The notes under the pieces: generated by a model | Database searches by the model: none | Told to the model about the DNA's origin: nothing | The model's input: only the letters and a program-made list of their open reading frames with translations | Source of the DNA: Verrucomicrobiia bacterium | Lineage (GTDB): Bacteria; Verrucomicrobiota; Verrucomicrobiia; Limisphaerales; JADLHS01 | NCBI GenBank assembly: GCA_023953615.1 | Contig: JAMLJH010000001.1 | Span: 9,362-73,361 of the forward strand | Reading direction: 5' to 3' | Length of the DNA stretch: 64,000 nt | In this document: positions 1 through 10,032 of the stretch, in pieces | How positions within the stretch are numbered: position 1 is the first letter of the stretch | Layout of the letters: each line of letters opens with the position of its first letter | Translations under genes and position numbers: made by a program

Positions 1-1837
1 CCACGACGCGCGCAATGTCCTCATCGGTGACTTCCTGCCGCAACAGCCGCAGTGGCGACGAGGCGTCGCGCCTGGTGGAGGTGACGCCATCGTCACCTCG
101 GGATGAAGTTCCACCGACGGAAGCCAACTCGCGGCTACTGCCGCTCTCCGGCGACGAGGCGTCGCGCTTGGTGGAGGTGACGCCATCGTCACCCCGGGAC
201 GAAGTCCCACCGACAGAAGCCAACTCACTGTTACTGCTGCTCTCCGGCGACGAGGCGTCGCCGCCACGTTCCAGCGTTGCAGCCACGGCCGCCAGTTTCT
301 TCTCCAGCGCAGGAATTTTGCCGTATTGAATCTCAGCGGACTTGCTCAAGTCTCCCCCGCGTTGCGCTTTCTCCAATTCAATTTTCGCCTGCTCCAACTG
401 CTGCTGCACGATGCTGACCGCGTTGACCGCAGTCTTTTCGTTCTGCCATTGCGCCGTGAGCGCTTTGGATTTCTCTTTCAGATTGGCAAGTTCCTGTTCC
501 AGCAATTTGAGGCGCTCCTTACTGGCGGCATCTTTTTCCTTGGCCAACGACGTGCGCTCGATCTCCAATTGCAAAACCTGCCGGTCCAGTTGATCCAACT
601 CAGTGGGTTTGGAATCCAGCTCCATTTTGATGCGCGAGGCCGCCTCATCCACGAGATCAATCGCTTTATCCGGCAGAAACCGGTCCGCGATGTAGCGATG
701 CGATAACGTCGCCGCCGCCACCAGCGCCGCGTCTTGAATCCGCACACCGTGATGCACTTCGTAACGCTCCTTAAGACCGCGCAAAATGGCAATGGTTGCC
801 TCGACCGTTGGCTCGGTCACCATCACCGGTTGAAAGCGGCGCTCCAAGGCCGGGTCTTTCTCAATGTGCTTGCGGTACTCATCCAGCGTGGTGGCCCCCA
901 CGCAACGCAGTTCGCCGCGCGCCAATTGCGGTTTCATGATGTTGGCCGCATCCGTCGCGCCTTCCGCCGCACCGGCGCCGACGAGCGTATGCAACTCGTC
1001 AATGAACAGAATGATTTTGCCTTCGCTGGCGGCAATCTCCTTGAGGAACGCCTTCAACCGATCCTCGAATTCGCCCCGATATTTCGCACCGGCAATCATC
1101 GCGCCGAGGTCCATTGCCACCAGTCGTTTGTTCTTGAGCGATTCCGGCACGTCACCGCTCACGATGCGCCGCGCCAATCCTTCCGCGATGGCGGTTTTGC
1201 CGACACCCGGTTCGCCGATGAGCACCGGATTATTCTTGGTGCGCCGCGTCAACACCTGCATCACACGCCGGATTTCCTCGTCGCGCCCGATTACTGGATC
1301 AATTTTGCCCTGCCGGGCCAGCGCGGTAAGATCGCGCCCGTATTTTTCGAGCGCCTGAAATTTGCCCTCGGGGGCTTGATCGGTGACGCGCTGATTACCG
1401 CGCAACTCTGCCAGCGCTTTAAGTACCACCTCGCGTTTAAGCCCGTGGGTTTTGAAAATCTGCTGCAATGCCGAACCACCAGCGTCGAGGATGCCCAGCA
1501 ACAGATGTTCGGTGCTGAGGTAATCGTCTTTGAGTTTGCCGGCTTCCGCCTGCGCGGCGTCCAAGGCTTTCTTCAATTCGCTGCTGAGATAAATATCCGC
1601 ACTGCTCGTACCCTGCACCTTATGGCGACGTCCCAGCTCCTGCTCCACCTCCGATTGCAACGCGCTGGGCGGCACGCCGATCTTTTCCAACAGCCCCGGC
1701 ACGAGGCTTTCGCCCTGCCCAATCAACGCCAGCAACAAATGCTCGCAATCCACCCCCTGATGCGAGTAGCCGTGAGCGATCCGTTGCGCTTCAGCCAGCG
1801 CTTCCTGGGACTTAATGGTCAACTTGTCCAATTGCAT
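1..1837 (-). CDS. clpB: ClpB AAA+ disaggregase, N-terminal ~612 codons (3' end continues past window start)
   Basis: The minus frame is open from ATG (1835-1837) to the window edge. It is absent from the ORF track because no stop lies in the window. Hand translation gives [21 protein letters not shown]..., Walker [33 protein letters not shown], and an M-domain coiled coil. The plus ORFs 326..706 and 734..1855 are antisense shadows. Confidence 0.92.
   Translation of the reverse strand, partial: MQLDKLTIKSQEALAEAQRIAHGYSHQGVDCEHLLLALIGQGESLVPGLLEKIGVPPSALQSEVEQELGRRHKVQGTSSADIYLSSELKKALDAAQAEAGKLKDDYLSTEHLLLGILDAGGSALQQIFKTHGLKREVVLKALAELRGNQRVTDQAPEGKFQALEKYGRDLTALARQGKIDPVIGRDEEIRRVMQVLTRRTKNNPVLIGEPGVGKTAIAEGLARRIVSGDVPESLKNKRLVAMDLGAMIAGAKYRGEFEDRLKAFLKEIAASEGKIILFIDELHTLVGAGAAEGATDAANIMKPQLARGELRCVGATTLDEYRKHIEKDPALERRFQPVMVTEPTVEATIAILRGLKERYEVHHGVRIQDAALVAAATLSHRYIADRFLPDKAIDLVDEAASRIKMELDSKPTELDQLDRQVLQLEIERTSLAKEKDAASKERLKLLEQELANLKEKSKALTAQWQNEKTAVNAVSIVQQQLEQAKIELEKAQRGGDLSKSAEIQYGKIPALEKKLAAVAATLERGGDASSPESSSNSELASVGGTSSRGDDGVTSTKRDASSPESGSSRELASVGGTSSRGDDGVTSTRRDASSPLRLLRQEVTDEDIARVV
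54..263. repeat. 96-nt tandem repeat (2 full copies plus the start of a third) with internal hairpins, lying in frame inside clpB
   Basis: GGCGACGAGGCGTCGC recurs at 54, 150 and 246 (period 96 = 32 codons). The copies differ at about 9 positions. Each unit contains GCGACG-AGG-CGTCGC and GGTGACG-CCAT-CGTCACC hairpins. Confidence 0.9.
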
Positions 1838-2021
1838 AGTTCATCAATGTGCTAAACAACTTCGCCGCGTCAAGTTTCCCCCGGCGACACCGCAAAACCT
1901 GCCTGAAAACGCGGGATGAACTCTGGATTTTCATTCAGTCCGGCGCGGAAGCGCTCACTCGCGGCGCAAAGAAATTCTGTTGAACCCAGACCTTCTGCGC
2001 TACGCTGAATGTGTTGCCCAA

Positions 2022-2804
2022 ATGGCTTCGGCAAAATTTCGCGAGCATGGAGAAAACTTTACTGTGAAACACATGGGTTTAATTGGTGGGCTGAGTCCGG
2101 AATCCACCGTCCACTACTATCAGATCATCTGCCGCGAACATAACCGTCGCTGCGGCGGATTGAATTTTCCCCGCCTCACCATCGAAAGTCTGAACCTCGC
2201 CGAGTTGGTGCGTTTATTTGAAGTCAATGATTGGGAGGGCGTAGCGACCATTCTGCTAGCCGCCCTGCACCGCTTGAAAAACGCCGGAGCGGAATTTGCC
2301 GCCATCCTGGCCAACACTCCGCACAACGCCTACGAGCGCATCCAAACCGCGACACCGCTCAAAATCGTCACCATCATGGAAGCCACGGCGGTGGCCCTGA
2401 AACGGGCCGCCCACAAAAACGTCGCCTTGTTGGGCACCAAAGCCACCATGGAATTTGGCTTCTTCCAAAAATACTTTGCGACCGAAAACATTCAAACCGT
2501 CGTGCCTGACGCCGCGCAACGCCAGGAACTGGATCGCATTATCTGGGACGAACTTGCGCATGGTCAGCTCCGTCCCGAATCGCGGCAGGCGGCGTGCCGG
2601 ATGCTCGCGACTTTGCAGGAACGCGGAGCGGAAGCGGTTGTGCTTGGTTGCACGGAGCTGTCGCTGTTGATTCAACCGGCAGACACGCAACTGCCTCTTT
2701 TCGACACCACAAAAATTCACGCGGAAGCGATTCTGGAATTTGCCAATTCCTCCGACGAACCACCAATCACTCCGACCACTCGGATCAACGCCGCCCGATC
2801 ATGA
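2022..2804 (+). CDS. aspartate/glutamate racemase family protein
   Basis: Motifs MGLIGGLSPEST near the N-terminus and GCTELSLL. The track ORF starts at TTG 1980; ATG 2022 or ATG 2073 are more likely starts. Confidence 0.8.
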   Translation: MASAKFREHGENFTVKHMGLIGGLSPESTVHYYQIICREHNRRCGGLNFPRLTIESLNLAELVRLFEVNDWEGVATILLAALHRLKNAGAEFAAILANTPHNAYERIQTATPLKIVTIMEATAVALKRAAHKNVALLGTKATMEFGFFQKYFATENIQTVVPDAAQRQELDRIIWDELAHGQLRPESRQAACRMLATLQERGAEAVVLGCTELSLLIQPADTQLPLFDTTKIHAEAILEFANSSDEPPITPTTRINAARS

Positions 2805-3304
2805 GTTCACCGCAACGATCTTCCGAATCCGACCGTCCCGCCCAAGCGCCGATGCCGTCTCAATCCGAAGGCAGCGAAGACGAAATACTGGAGGCCTCAA
2901 GCCCCACGTGTTATCTGGGTGAATTCGAAAATCTTCTAAAACCACCGCCCAACATCCAAATCAAAAGCATCCACGAAGCTCCCGCTCCCTCTGACGGCAC
3001 ACGAGTTTTTGTCGAATGTGCCAAGCCTACGAAAGCGGAGCCCGTTCGCGACTCGACCGCTGATTGGCATCAACAACTCGCTCCCAGCGCTGGCTTGCGG
3101 GAGTGGTTCCTGGCCGATCCGCCAACGCGTTGGATTGAATTTCGCGAGCGCTATTGGAACGAACTCAACGGTCGGCAGGAAGCACTGTCACCATGCTATG
3201 CCGCCCTTCAGAACGGCGCGCTGGCATTGATTCATGACGGTTGCGACGCGCGCCATAATCCAGCCCTGGTGTTACGCGAATACCTGTTGGCCCACCTGCC
3301 TTGA
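2801..3304 (+). CDS. DUF488 family protein
   Basis: ATG 2801 overlaps the racemase stop (ATGA). The C-terminal half matches the DUF488 pattern (WHQQLAPSAGLREWF..DPPTRWIEFRERYWNEL...HNPALVLREYL). Confidence 0.7.
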   Translation: MSSPQRSSESDRPAQAPMPSQSEGSEDEILEASSPTCYLGEFENLLKPPPNIQIKSIHEAPAPSDGTRVFVECAKPTKAEPVRDSTADWHQQLAPSAGLREWFLADPPTRWIEFRERYWNELNGRQEALSPCYAALQNGALALIHDGCDARHNPALVLREYLLAHLP

Positions 3305-3395
3305 CACACGCACAGCGCAGCCCGAATTTTTGTTTCCATTTCACCTCGGCGGCTAATCCCGACTCCACGAACGACTGACTTGCAACTCAAAGCGA

Positions 3396-4223
3396 CTAGG
3401 AACTGGCGCTGGTATAGCGGCGCACGGACCGACGCCAGATCCATTCCGAGGCCAGGGCGCATAAAATCGCCATGCCCACCAGCAGCCAGATGGAGGTGGG
3501 GGTCAGGCGATCGGTCAAGAGGCGCACGGGCACGTTGGAGACGAGCAACACAGGCAGCACAAAGGTGAATACGGAACGAAACACGCCGCCGCGTGGAAAC
3601 GCTTCGTCGGGCATTCGGGCGATGTTGAACAGGTTGTAGTAGCCGTGGACAATCCCCTGGGCGCGCACGGTCCAGAAGCTGATCGCGGCGAGCGAGAACA
3701 TCAGGCAGTAATGGATGCAAATCCCCAGCACGCAAAGTCCCAGAAAAATCAGCAAGCGCGACAGGGTCAGCGTCAGCCCGAGTTTTCCTCCGGCGTAAAG
3801 CATCACGATCACGGCAAAGGAGGCATTGACCAATCCGCCCAGATCGAGTTGCCGCAGGGAGAGCAGGAAGCGCGTGTTGACGGGCAGCATCAGCAGAAAG
3901 TCCAGTTTGCCGCTGCGCACCAGTTCGGAGAGGTTGAGGCAATTCACGAGGAAAAGGGTCTGGTAAAGTTGCTGGATGAAATGGCTCGCGCCGATCAATA
4001 GCACCACCTGCCATTTGGTCCAGGTGCCGATGGCTTCCGTGTGCAGGTAAAGCACGGAGATGAATCCAATCTGCATGGCAAACCAGGCAATCTCGACCAC
4101 GATCCAGAGCAGGAAGTTGCCCTTGAACATCATTTCGCGGGTGACGGAATTTTTCAGCAGCGCCCGGTAAATCGCCAGGTAACGGCGGCCGCGTTGCAAT
4201 CCATTGGTTGAAGGGGTCGTCAT
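3396..4223 (-). CDS. ABC-2 type transporter permease (DUF990/ABC2_membrane_6-like)
   Basis: Polytopic membrane ORF. ATG 4223 lies 1 nt after the upstream permease stop (track start 4271 is the alternative). It is paired with a paralogous permease. Confidence 0.7.
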   Translation of the reverse strand: MTTPSTNGLQRGRRYLAIYRALLKNSVTREMMFKGNFLLWIVVEIAWFAMQIGFISVLYLHTEAIGTWTKWQVVLLIGASHFIQQLYQTLFLVNCLNLSELVRSGKLDFLLMLPVNTRFLLSLRQLDLGGLVNASFAVIVMLYAGGKLGLTLTLSRLLIFLGLCVLGICIHYCLMFSLAAISFWTVRAQGIVHGYYNLFNIARMPDEAFPRGGVFRSVFTFVLPVLLVSNVPVRLLTDRLTPTSIWLLVGMAILCALASEWIWRRSVRRYTSASS

Positions 4224-4224
4224 G

Positions 4225-5034
4225 TCAGCCTCCTGCCGCCGCGTATTTTTTGATGCCGCACCGCCACGCAAAGCGCGCCAACAGGTAGGCGACGAAAACC
4301 CAGGCGGCTTGCATCAACAAGCCGATGGCAAGTTCGCGCCCGGAGATTTTTTCCAGATAAATGGCCACGGGCAAATACAGTTGATAGGGAAACGGAGTGA
4401 AGTTCATCAAGAAAAAGCGGAGTGAGTCCGGCAAAATATCGAGCGGGAACATGTGGCCGCTGGCGATGTATTCCAGCGCGTACAGAATGAACACGAAGGT
4501 GGAGATTTCGAGCAACCAAAACGCCAGCATGGCCAGCGTGTAGGAGAGGAAAAATTGCAGCAGGGCGGTCAAGACCACCGAGAGCAAGAATAACAGCAAC
4601 ACGCCAAAACTGGACGGCAGCAGGAAGTATTGGTGCAACAGCAAAATCACGGCGGTGATGGGTAGCGCGGCCACGGTCAGATAAACCGCGCGCCCAGCCA
4701 GAAACACGCAAAACCGGAACCACAGGTAGTCAATGGGCTTGAGCAAAAACTGGCTGATGTTGCCGTCCTTGATGTCAGCGGCGATCTGCCAATCGTCATC
4801 ATTCACGGCGGTCAAAACATCCACCACGGTCACGATCAAATAATAGGTGGTCATTTGCGCCAGCGTGAAGGTGGCCACGGCGGCGCCCGCCTCTTTGCCG
4901 GCGTAAATGGTCCGCCACAACAACAGCAACGCGGTGAGCGGAATGAAATCGAACAGCGTGCGCGCGAGAAAATTAAATCGGTACGTCAGATGGTTCTGCA
5001 CCCCGATTCCAATGACCTGCCAGTATTTCCTCAT
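4225..5034 (-). CDS. ABC-2 type transporter permease (DUF990-like)
   Basis: 269-aa hydrophobic ORF beginning MRKYWQVIGIGVQNHLTYRFNFLART..., about 6 TM segments, tandem with 3396..4223. Confidence 0.7.
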   Translation of the reverse strand: MRKYWQVIGIGVQNHLTYRFNFLARTLFDFIPLTALLLLWRTIYAGKEAGAAVATFTLAQMTTYYLIVTVVDVLTAVNDDDWQIAADIKDGNISQFLLKPIDYLWFRFCVFLAGRAVYLTVAALPITAVILLLHQYFLLPSSFGVLLLFLLSVVLTALLQFFLSYTLAMLAFWLLEISTFVFILYALEYIASGHMFPLDILPDSLRFFLMNFTPFPYQLYLPVAIYLEKISGRELAIGLLMQAAWVFVAYLLARFAWRCGIKKYAAAGG

Positions 5035-5110
5035 GCGCTACCAAGGCAAAATTATCAGGCGCCCGGCGCGGCTCCCAGCCGTTTGTGCGACGCCCTTTGC
5101 CGACGAAATT

Positions 5111-6394
5111 TCACGGCGAACGGGCGGCGGAGAAACCCGCGAAACGCGCGCGGTCGCGCAAATCGCGGTCAATGCGAATCAACTCGTTCCACTTCACCAG
5201 GCGTTCGCTGCGAGTGAAAGAACCGACCTTGATCTGGCCGGCGTTGGTGGCAACCGCAAGGTGCGAGATAAAGGCGTCCTCGGTTTCACCCGAGCGGGCG
5301 GACACGATGGGCTGCCAGCCGGCCTGCTGCGTCAGGTGAATGGCGTCCAGCGTTTCCGTCACCGTGCCGATTTGATTGAGTTTGATCAGCACCGCGTTGG
5401 CGACCTTTTGCTCGATACCCTGTTGAATCCGCGCGACCTGGGTGGTGAACAGGTCATCTCCCACCAACTGTACGCGCGCGCCAAGGGATGACGCGATCTG
5501 CCGCCAACCCGCCCAATCGGTGTCCGCCAGCGGATCTTCAATCGAAACAATTGGATAACGGGCGCACCAATCCTCCATCAGTTGAATGAACTCAGCCGAA
5601 GTAAATTCCCGGCGTTCGAGGCGAAACTGATATTTCTGCGTGGCCGCATCGAACAGATCACTGGCGGCGATATCAAGCGCGATGGCCGCCTCGCGACCGG
5701 GAGTGTAACCGGCGCGTTGCATGGCCTCGACGATGACGGCGAGCGGCGCTTCGTTGGTGGCAAACTCCGGCCAAAAGCCGCCCTCGTCCGCCACGCCAAA
5801 ATACTGGCCGCGTTGTTTCAGCAAATCACCGACGGCGTGATACACGTTGTGGGTGATTTCCAGCGTCTCGGCAAAATCGCGCGCGCCGACGGCGATCAAC
5901 AAGTAATCCTGCACGTCCGTCCGCCAGTTCGCGTGCGCACCACCGCCGATGATTTGGATTTCCGACACCGGCAGCAACGTCCCCTTTCCCGCTCCCAAGC
6001 TGACATGCAACGCTCCACCGCGTGCGTGCGCGGCGGCCCGAGCCACGGCCATGGAAACCGGCAGCACGGCGTTCGCGCCGAGCCGACGCTTGTTCGGCGT
6101 GCCGTCCAGATGGATCAACAGTTCGTCAATGGCGCGTTGCTCGAAAACATTCCGTCCGCGCAAGGCCGCGGCGATTTCGTTTTCGATGTGCGCGATGGCT
6201 TTGAAAACGGATTTGCCTCGGAAGCGGCGCGGGTCCTGATCGCGTAATTCCAACGCCTCGAACTGTCCCGTGGAAGCCCCCGACGGCGCCAGGCCGCGCC
6301 CCAAGATTCCATTGGCCAGACGCACCTCCGCCTCGACCGTGGGCACGCCGCGTGAGTCGTAAATTTGCCAGGCCGTGACAGATGCAATTTTCAT
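5111..6394 (-). CDS. enolase-family protein (divergent paralog of phosphopyruvate hydratase)
   Basis: Motifs DSRGVPTVEAEV, PSGASTGQFEALELRD, ADEGGF, LDIAASD, SIEDP, VGDDLF, LIKLNQIGT, SARSGETED, QIKVGS. See the finding on substitutions. Confidence 0.85.
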   Translation of the reverse strand: MKIASVTAWQIYDSRGVPTVEAEVRLANGILGRGLAPSGASTGQFEALELRDQDPRRFRGKSVFKAIAHIENEIAAALRGRNVFEQRAIDELLIHLDGTPNKRRLGANAVLPVSMAVARAAAHARGGALHVSLGAGKGTLLPVSEIQIIGGGAHANWRTDVQDYLLIAVGARDFAETLEITHNVYHAVGDLLKQRGQYFGVADEGGFWPEFATNEAPLAVIVEAMQRAGYTPGREAAIALDIAASDLFDAATQKYQFRLERREFTSAEFIQLMEDWCARYPIVSIEDPLADTDWAGWRQIASSLGARVQLVGDDLFTTQVARIQQGIEQKVANAVLIKLNQIGTVTETLDAIHLTQQAGWQPIVSARSGETEDAFISHLAVATNAGQIKVGSFTRSERLVKWNELIRIDRDLRDRARFAGFSAARSP

Positions 6395-7404
6395 GTTTTA
6401 GCGGTCAGCGGCGGAAGGATTTTCAGCAAATCAAACCACAGCTCCGACAGAGCGTTCACGGTTGGGAGCTGCGCCGCCAGCGCCGACGGCACAAAGTTAC
6501 GGATGAACGCCACGCGCGTCGAATCCAGATATTCCACCGGCGACTTGCCGTCCACACGCGCCAGCAGCAGCAGCGTCAGCAAACGCGTGACCGTAATTTC
6601 CAGGTCGCGGCTGGTTGACGACCGTTCGGCGCGGTACGTCCGCCAAAACATTTGAATCATTTCTGCGATTCCCGGATCACGCGGCGCGTGATAAAGCGCC
6701 TTGAGGAACAGATGATTCAGCAGAAACGCCACGTCGAAGGCGGCGTCTCCGTACCAGGCCACTTCCGCATCCAACAGCACCATGCGTGCGCCGCAAACCA
6801 GAAGGTTCTTCGGACTGAAATCGCCATGCACCAGACATTCTTTGACGGCAGCGAGGCGGGTCGCTTCGGCTTCGTAAAATTCTCGCAAATCCGGATGACG
6901 TTCGCCCGTCGTCAGCAGGTACGGGGCAAGGCGAAGCTGGTGGAAATTTTCGAGCGTGTCAAAACGCCGCCGCAACTCGGGACGATTGGCGGTCTCGCGG
7001 TGAATCGTTCCCAAAATGCGCCCGGCGATCTGGGCGGATTGAATTTCGCCGGCACCGCGCAGCAACAGTTGTTTCCAGTTGGCAAAGTCATCACCCAGAT
7101 ATGCCATGCCGAAGTAGCCGGCGGACGGATTGGCAAAGCGCAACTGCGGCACGGCATCCGGCAAGAACTGCGACACGCATTGGAAGTAATTCCATTCGCT
7201 GACGTTGCGGCGCGGGTCGGCAAACCAATCGTCCCGGACTTTGAGTTTGGGCAACGCCCGCTTCACCACGAAGCGCTCGGCGCCGTCCACGACCAGGTAA
7301 ATCTCACTCGAGACGCCACCACGCAACGGAAGCAGTTGCGCCTGCGGATCGCGCAACCAACCGTCGCGGCGCAACCATTCCTTAAACTCATCAGCGTCAG
7401 CCAT
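6391..7404 (-). CDS. phosphotransferase (APH / 5-methylthioribose kinase-like) family protein
   Basis: Motifs VKRALPKLKV, LVHGDFSPKNLLV and LLDAEVAWYGDAAFDVAF, which form a kinase catalytic/activation pattern. It overlaps the enolase-like gene by 4 nt. Confidence 0.75.
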   Translation of the reverse strand: MADADEFKEWLRRDGWLRDPQAQLLPLRGGVSSEIYLVVDGAERFVVKRALPKLKVRDDWFADPRRNVSEWNYFQCVSQFLPDAVPQLRFANPSAGYFGMAYLGDDFANWKQLLLRGAGEIQSAQIAGRILGTIHRETANRPELRRRFDTLENFHQLRLAPYLLTTGERHPDLREFYEAEATRLAAVKECLVHGDFSPKNLLVCGARMVLLDAEVAWYGDAAFDVAFLLNHLFLKALYHAPRDPGIAEMIQMFWRTYRAERSSTSRDLEITVTRLLTLLLLARVDGKSPVEYLDSTRVAFIRNFVPSALAAQLPTVNALSELWFDLLKILPPLTAKT

Positions 7405-7489
7405 GTGCCGGGTGTAAACCTACGCGCCCGCCCCGGGCCAAAGCAGTAAAAAAGACGCCACGAACGCGGACGATTGAAGTGGAGCAAAC

Positions 7490-8254
7490 TCAAGCCAAAG
7501 CCGCATGCACGGCCGTGACCAGCGCCTTGACCCGGACTTCCAGTGGAAAATCGGACGGCGCTTCGAGCGTGTACGACAGCCGGGTTTTGTGTTGGATCAG
7601 CCAGAACGATTCGGGCCAGAGCGTACGGGTGTGCGGGTCCAGCTCGGGGCGGATGATGCCCCCGCGAGCGGCCCGGCCTTCGATCAATTCCGAGTGATCA
7701 ATCGGGCAGACCGAACGAACTGCGGCGACCATGGTTTCCGCGAGCGAGGGCTGTTGGTCGGGATTCAATTCGTAAACGTAAAAGCCCAGCGATTCCCAGT
7801 CTTCGTGCAGGCACAGGCACAGGTCAAACTGCGGTTGGCGCTGGAGCCAGGCCAGATGCGCCCGCACTTCCGGTGAGCGGACATCGCGATAATCGCGGTT
7901 CAGATCAAGGCCCTCGGGACTCTCCCGACGGTTCAGTAAAGCGCCGCGCGGATTTAACGAGGGCAGAAGGGTAATCGCGGTGTTCTGCGGCCAGCAGTTT
8001 TCCTGAAGCAAGCGCAGCGCGGCGAGCGGCCCCGCCGGTTCATCTCCATGAATGCCGGTGCTGAGATAAATGCGCCGTTGCGCCGCACCAATATTTTTTT
8101 GCAACGCGATCCATTTGAGTCCCTCGGCAACGTGAAAGGTTTCCACCGACCAGTCGCAGGACGCCGCTGCGGTTTCCACTTTGTTGAGAACCTCCCGAAT
8201 GTTGATGCGTTCCCCGAAGTACCCGCCGACATTTTTGCCCAGCCGTTGTATCAC
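7490..8254 (-). CDS. M14-type zinc carboxypeptidase / succinylglutamate desuccinylase-aspartoacylase family protein
   Basis: HxxE zinc motif in STGIHGDEPAG, plus NPRG...LNRDY and LHEDWE. Confidence 0.65.
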   Translation of the reverse strand: MIQRLGKNVGGYFGERINIREVLNKVETAAASCDWSVETFHVAEGLKWIALQKNIGAAQRRIYLSTGIHGDEPAGPLAALRLLQENCWPQNTAITLLPSLNPRGALLNRRESPEGLDLNRDYRDVRSPEVRAHLAWLQRQPQFDLCLCLHEDWESLGFYVYELNPDQQPSLAETMVAAVRSVCPIDHSELIEGRAARGGIIRPELDPHTRTLWPESFWLIQHKTRLSYTLEAPSDFPLEVRVKALVTAVHAALA

Positions 8255-8411
8255 CTTAAGAATTTTTTAGCACGATTTTGTGAAGCGTCAAAGCTCGCAT
8301 CTGGCGCGCGAATAAAAAAGCGGCTTCCATTTACGAAATCGCATTTTCCACCATCACGCACGAGCGGAACGACAGCCTGACGCAACTCCGCCGGGCTTGC
8401 CAATAGACGCG

Positions 8412-9524
8412 TTATTTGGCCGCGAGTTCAGCGAGCGCCTCCGTTTTTGCAACCGGTTCGGCAGCGTCCGCCTCCTGCTCCTGATTATCGAAACCGCTGT
8501 GATCCCAGTCCGGGTCCAGCCCCAAATCCTTGAGCATTTGCAAGTCGCGCTCGACCGTCTGATTGAGGGTCGTGAGATAGTTGCCGACCAACAGCGCGCT
8601 GGCGCCCGCCATGAAGACCAGGCTCTGCGCGTCGCGCAAATTCACGCCGCGTCCCCCGGCAATCATGATTTCCTGCCGCGGCATGATCAGGCGAAAACAC
8701 GCGATGGTTTTGAGAATTTCCATTACCGGCAAACGCGGTTTGCGCTCGAACGGCGTTCCGGCGATTGGATTCAGAATGTTGATGGGCGTGATATGCGCGC
8801 CGACCGCCTTCAACTCGAAAGCGAGATCGCAACGGTCTTCGCGGGTTTCGCCCATGCCGATGATGCCGCCCGAACAAATCTTGATTCCGGCCTGCTTCAA
8901 ATGTTTCAGCGTTTTCAGCCGATCCTCATAGGTGTGCGTGGTGCAGGTGTTGGCGAAATAACGCCGCGAGGTTTCCAAGTTGTGGTTGTAACATTCCAAT
9001 CCCGCCGCCTTCAAGCGATCCGCCACGCGCTGTTCCTCGATCAACCCCAACGACGCGTCCGGTCGCGTTTTGCCGCCAGCCTTCATTTCCTCGATCCGCT
9101 CGCACACTTCATCAAGCAACGGACCTTCTTTCAAGCCGCGCCAGGCGGCGACCAGCCCCACGGCGGTGACGCCATTTTGATTCGCCTCTTCGGCCGCGTT
9201 CGCGATGGGTTCGGGCTCAATAAACCCGTACTTGGGCGAGCCGGTCTGGTAATGGGATGATTGCGAGCAGAAACTACAGTTTTCAGAACAGGATCCGGCC
9301 TTCGCGTTCACGATGGAGCACAGGTGGATTTTATTACCCTTGTTTTTGATGCGCACACGGTTCGCCCACGCCATCAACTCAAAGATGTCCGCTGACGCTT
9401 CGAGGTTGAATAGAAACAGGGCTTCGTCGCGCGTGATGGTGCCGCCCGCCAACACTCGCGCTCCCAACGCGCCGATTTGAGAGTAATGCGTCCCGTCAAG
9501 TAATTCCGCAGTCATGCTTGACAA
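8412..9524 (-). CDS. bioB: biotin synthase (radical SAM)
   Basis: Radical SAM motif CSENCSFCSQ (CxxxCxxC), plus YNHNLETS, CSGGIIGMGET and PINILNPIAGTPFE. Confidence 0.85.
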   Translation of the reverse strand: MSSMTAELLDGTHYSQIGALGARVLAGGTITRDEALFLFNLEASADIFELMAWANRVRIKNKGNKIHLCSIVNAKAGSCSENCSFCSQSSHYQTGSPKYGFIEPEPIANAAEEANQNGVTAVGLVAAWRGLKEGPLLDEVCERIEEMKAGGKTRPDASLGLIEEQRVADRLKAAGLECYNHNLETSRRYFANTCTTHTYEDRLKTLKHLKQAGIKICSGGIIGMGETREDRCDLAFELKAVGAHITPINILNPIAGTPFERKPRLPVMEILKTIACFRLIMPRQEIMIAGGRGVNLRDAQSLVFMAGASALLVGNYLTTLNQTVERDLQMLKDLGLDPDWDHSGFDNQEQEADAAEPVAKTEALAELAAK

Positions 9525-9629
9525 GATAACGGAAGCGAGTTTTCAGGCAAGCATGCAGATAATGACGCGGCGCCATCCCGCCGCAGCTCACTCCAGCGGC
9601 GTTCGGCGATGCGACCTACTCCCCCTCGG

Positions 9630-9875
9630 TCAAGCGCTCCGGCTCGGACGGATCGGATGGGCCACGCTCCGATCAGCGATCATGGGCAGCACAATGTCAA
9701 AATGCTGCTCGTGAAAACGCAGCACAATCTGCATGTCTATGATCTTGTGCGCCGAACAAAACTCGATGGCCTGCGTGGAACTGAGAAAATCCATCGCGTC
9801 GGCGGCACTCGAAGTGGTGAACCCCACCTCTTTGAGATAGAGTCCCGATTCCTTGTGTTGAAGCAGAACTTTCAT
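9630..9875 (-). CDS. hypothetical small protein
   Basis: Only a codon-plausible ORF from an internal ATG (MKVLLQHKESGLYLKEVGF...). No family was recognised. Confidence 0.3.
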   Translation of the reverse strand: MKVLLQHKESGLYLKEVGFTTSSAADAMDFLSSTQAIEFCSAHKIIDMQIVLRFHEQHFDIVLPMIADRSVAHPIRPSRSA

Positions 9876-10032
9876 CAATGCGGTATTAGCGTATTCCAAG
9901 TTCGCCTCCCAACACGGCATCCCGCCACTACCCGTAGTGGCAGACTTGGTTGGCTTCGCAACTAATTGTGCAAAACCGCTCTGAAAGCGCAACAACTATT
10001 TCTGAAAATTTTCGCCCTGCCTCGCGGACGGG

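Noticed and set aside
326-1855. Long plus-strand ORFs 326..706 and 734..1855 (126 and 373 aa)
   Set aside because: They are antisense shadows of clpB. The minus strand gives a textbook ClpB sequence, whereas the plus translations are Arg/Leu/Gln-rich with no recognisable motifs.
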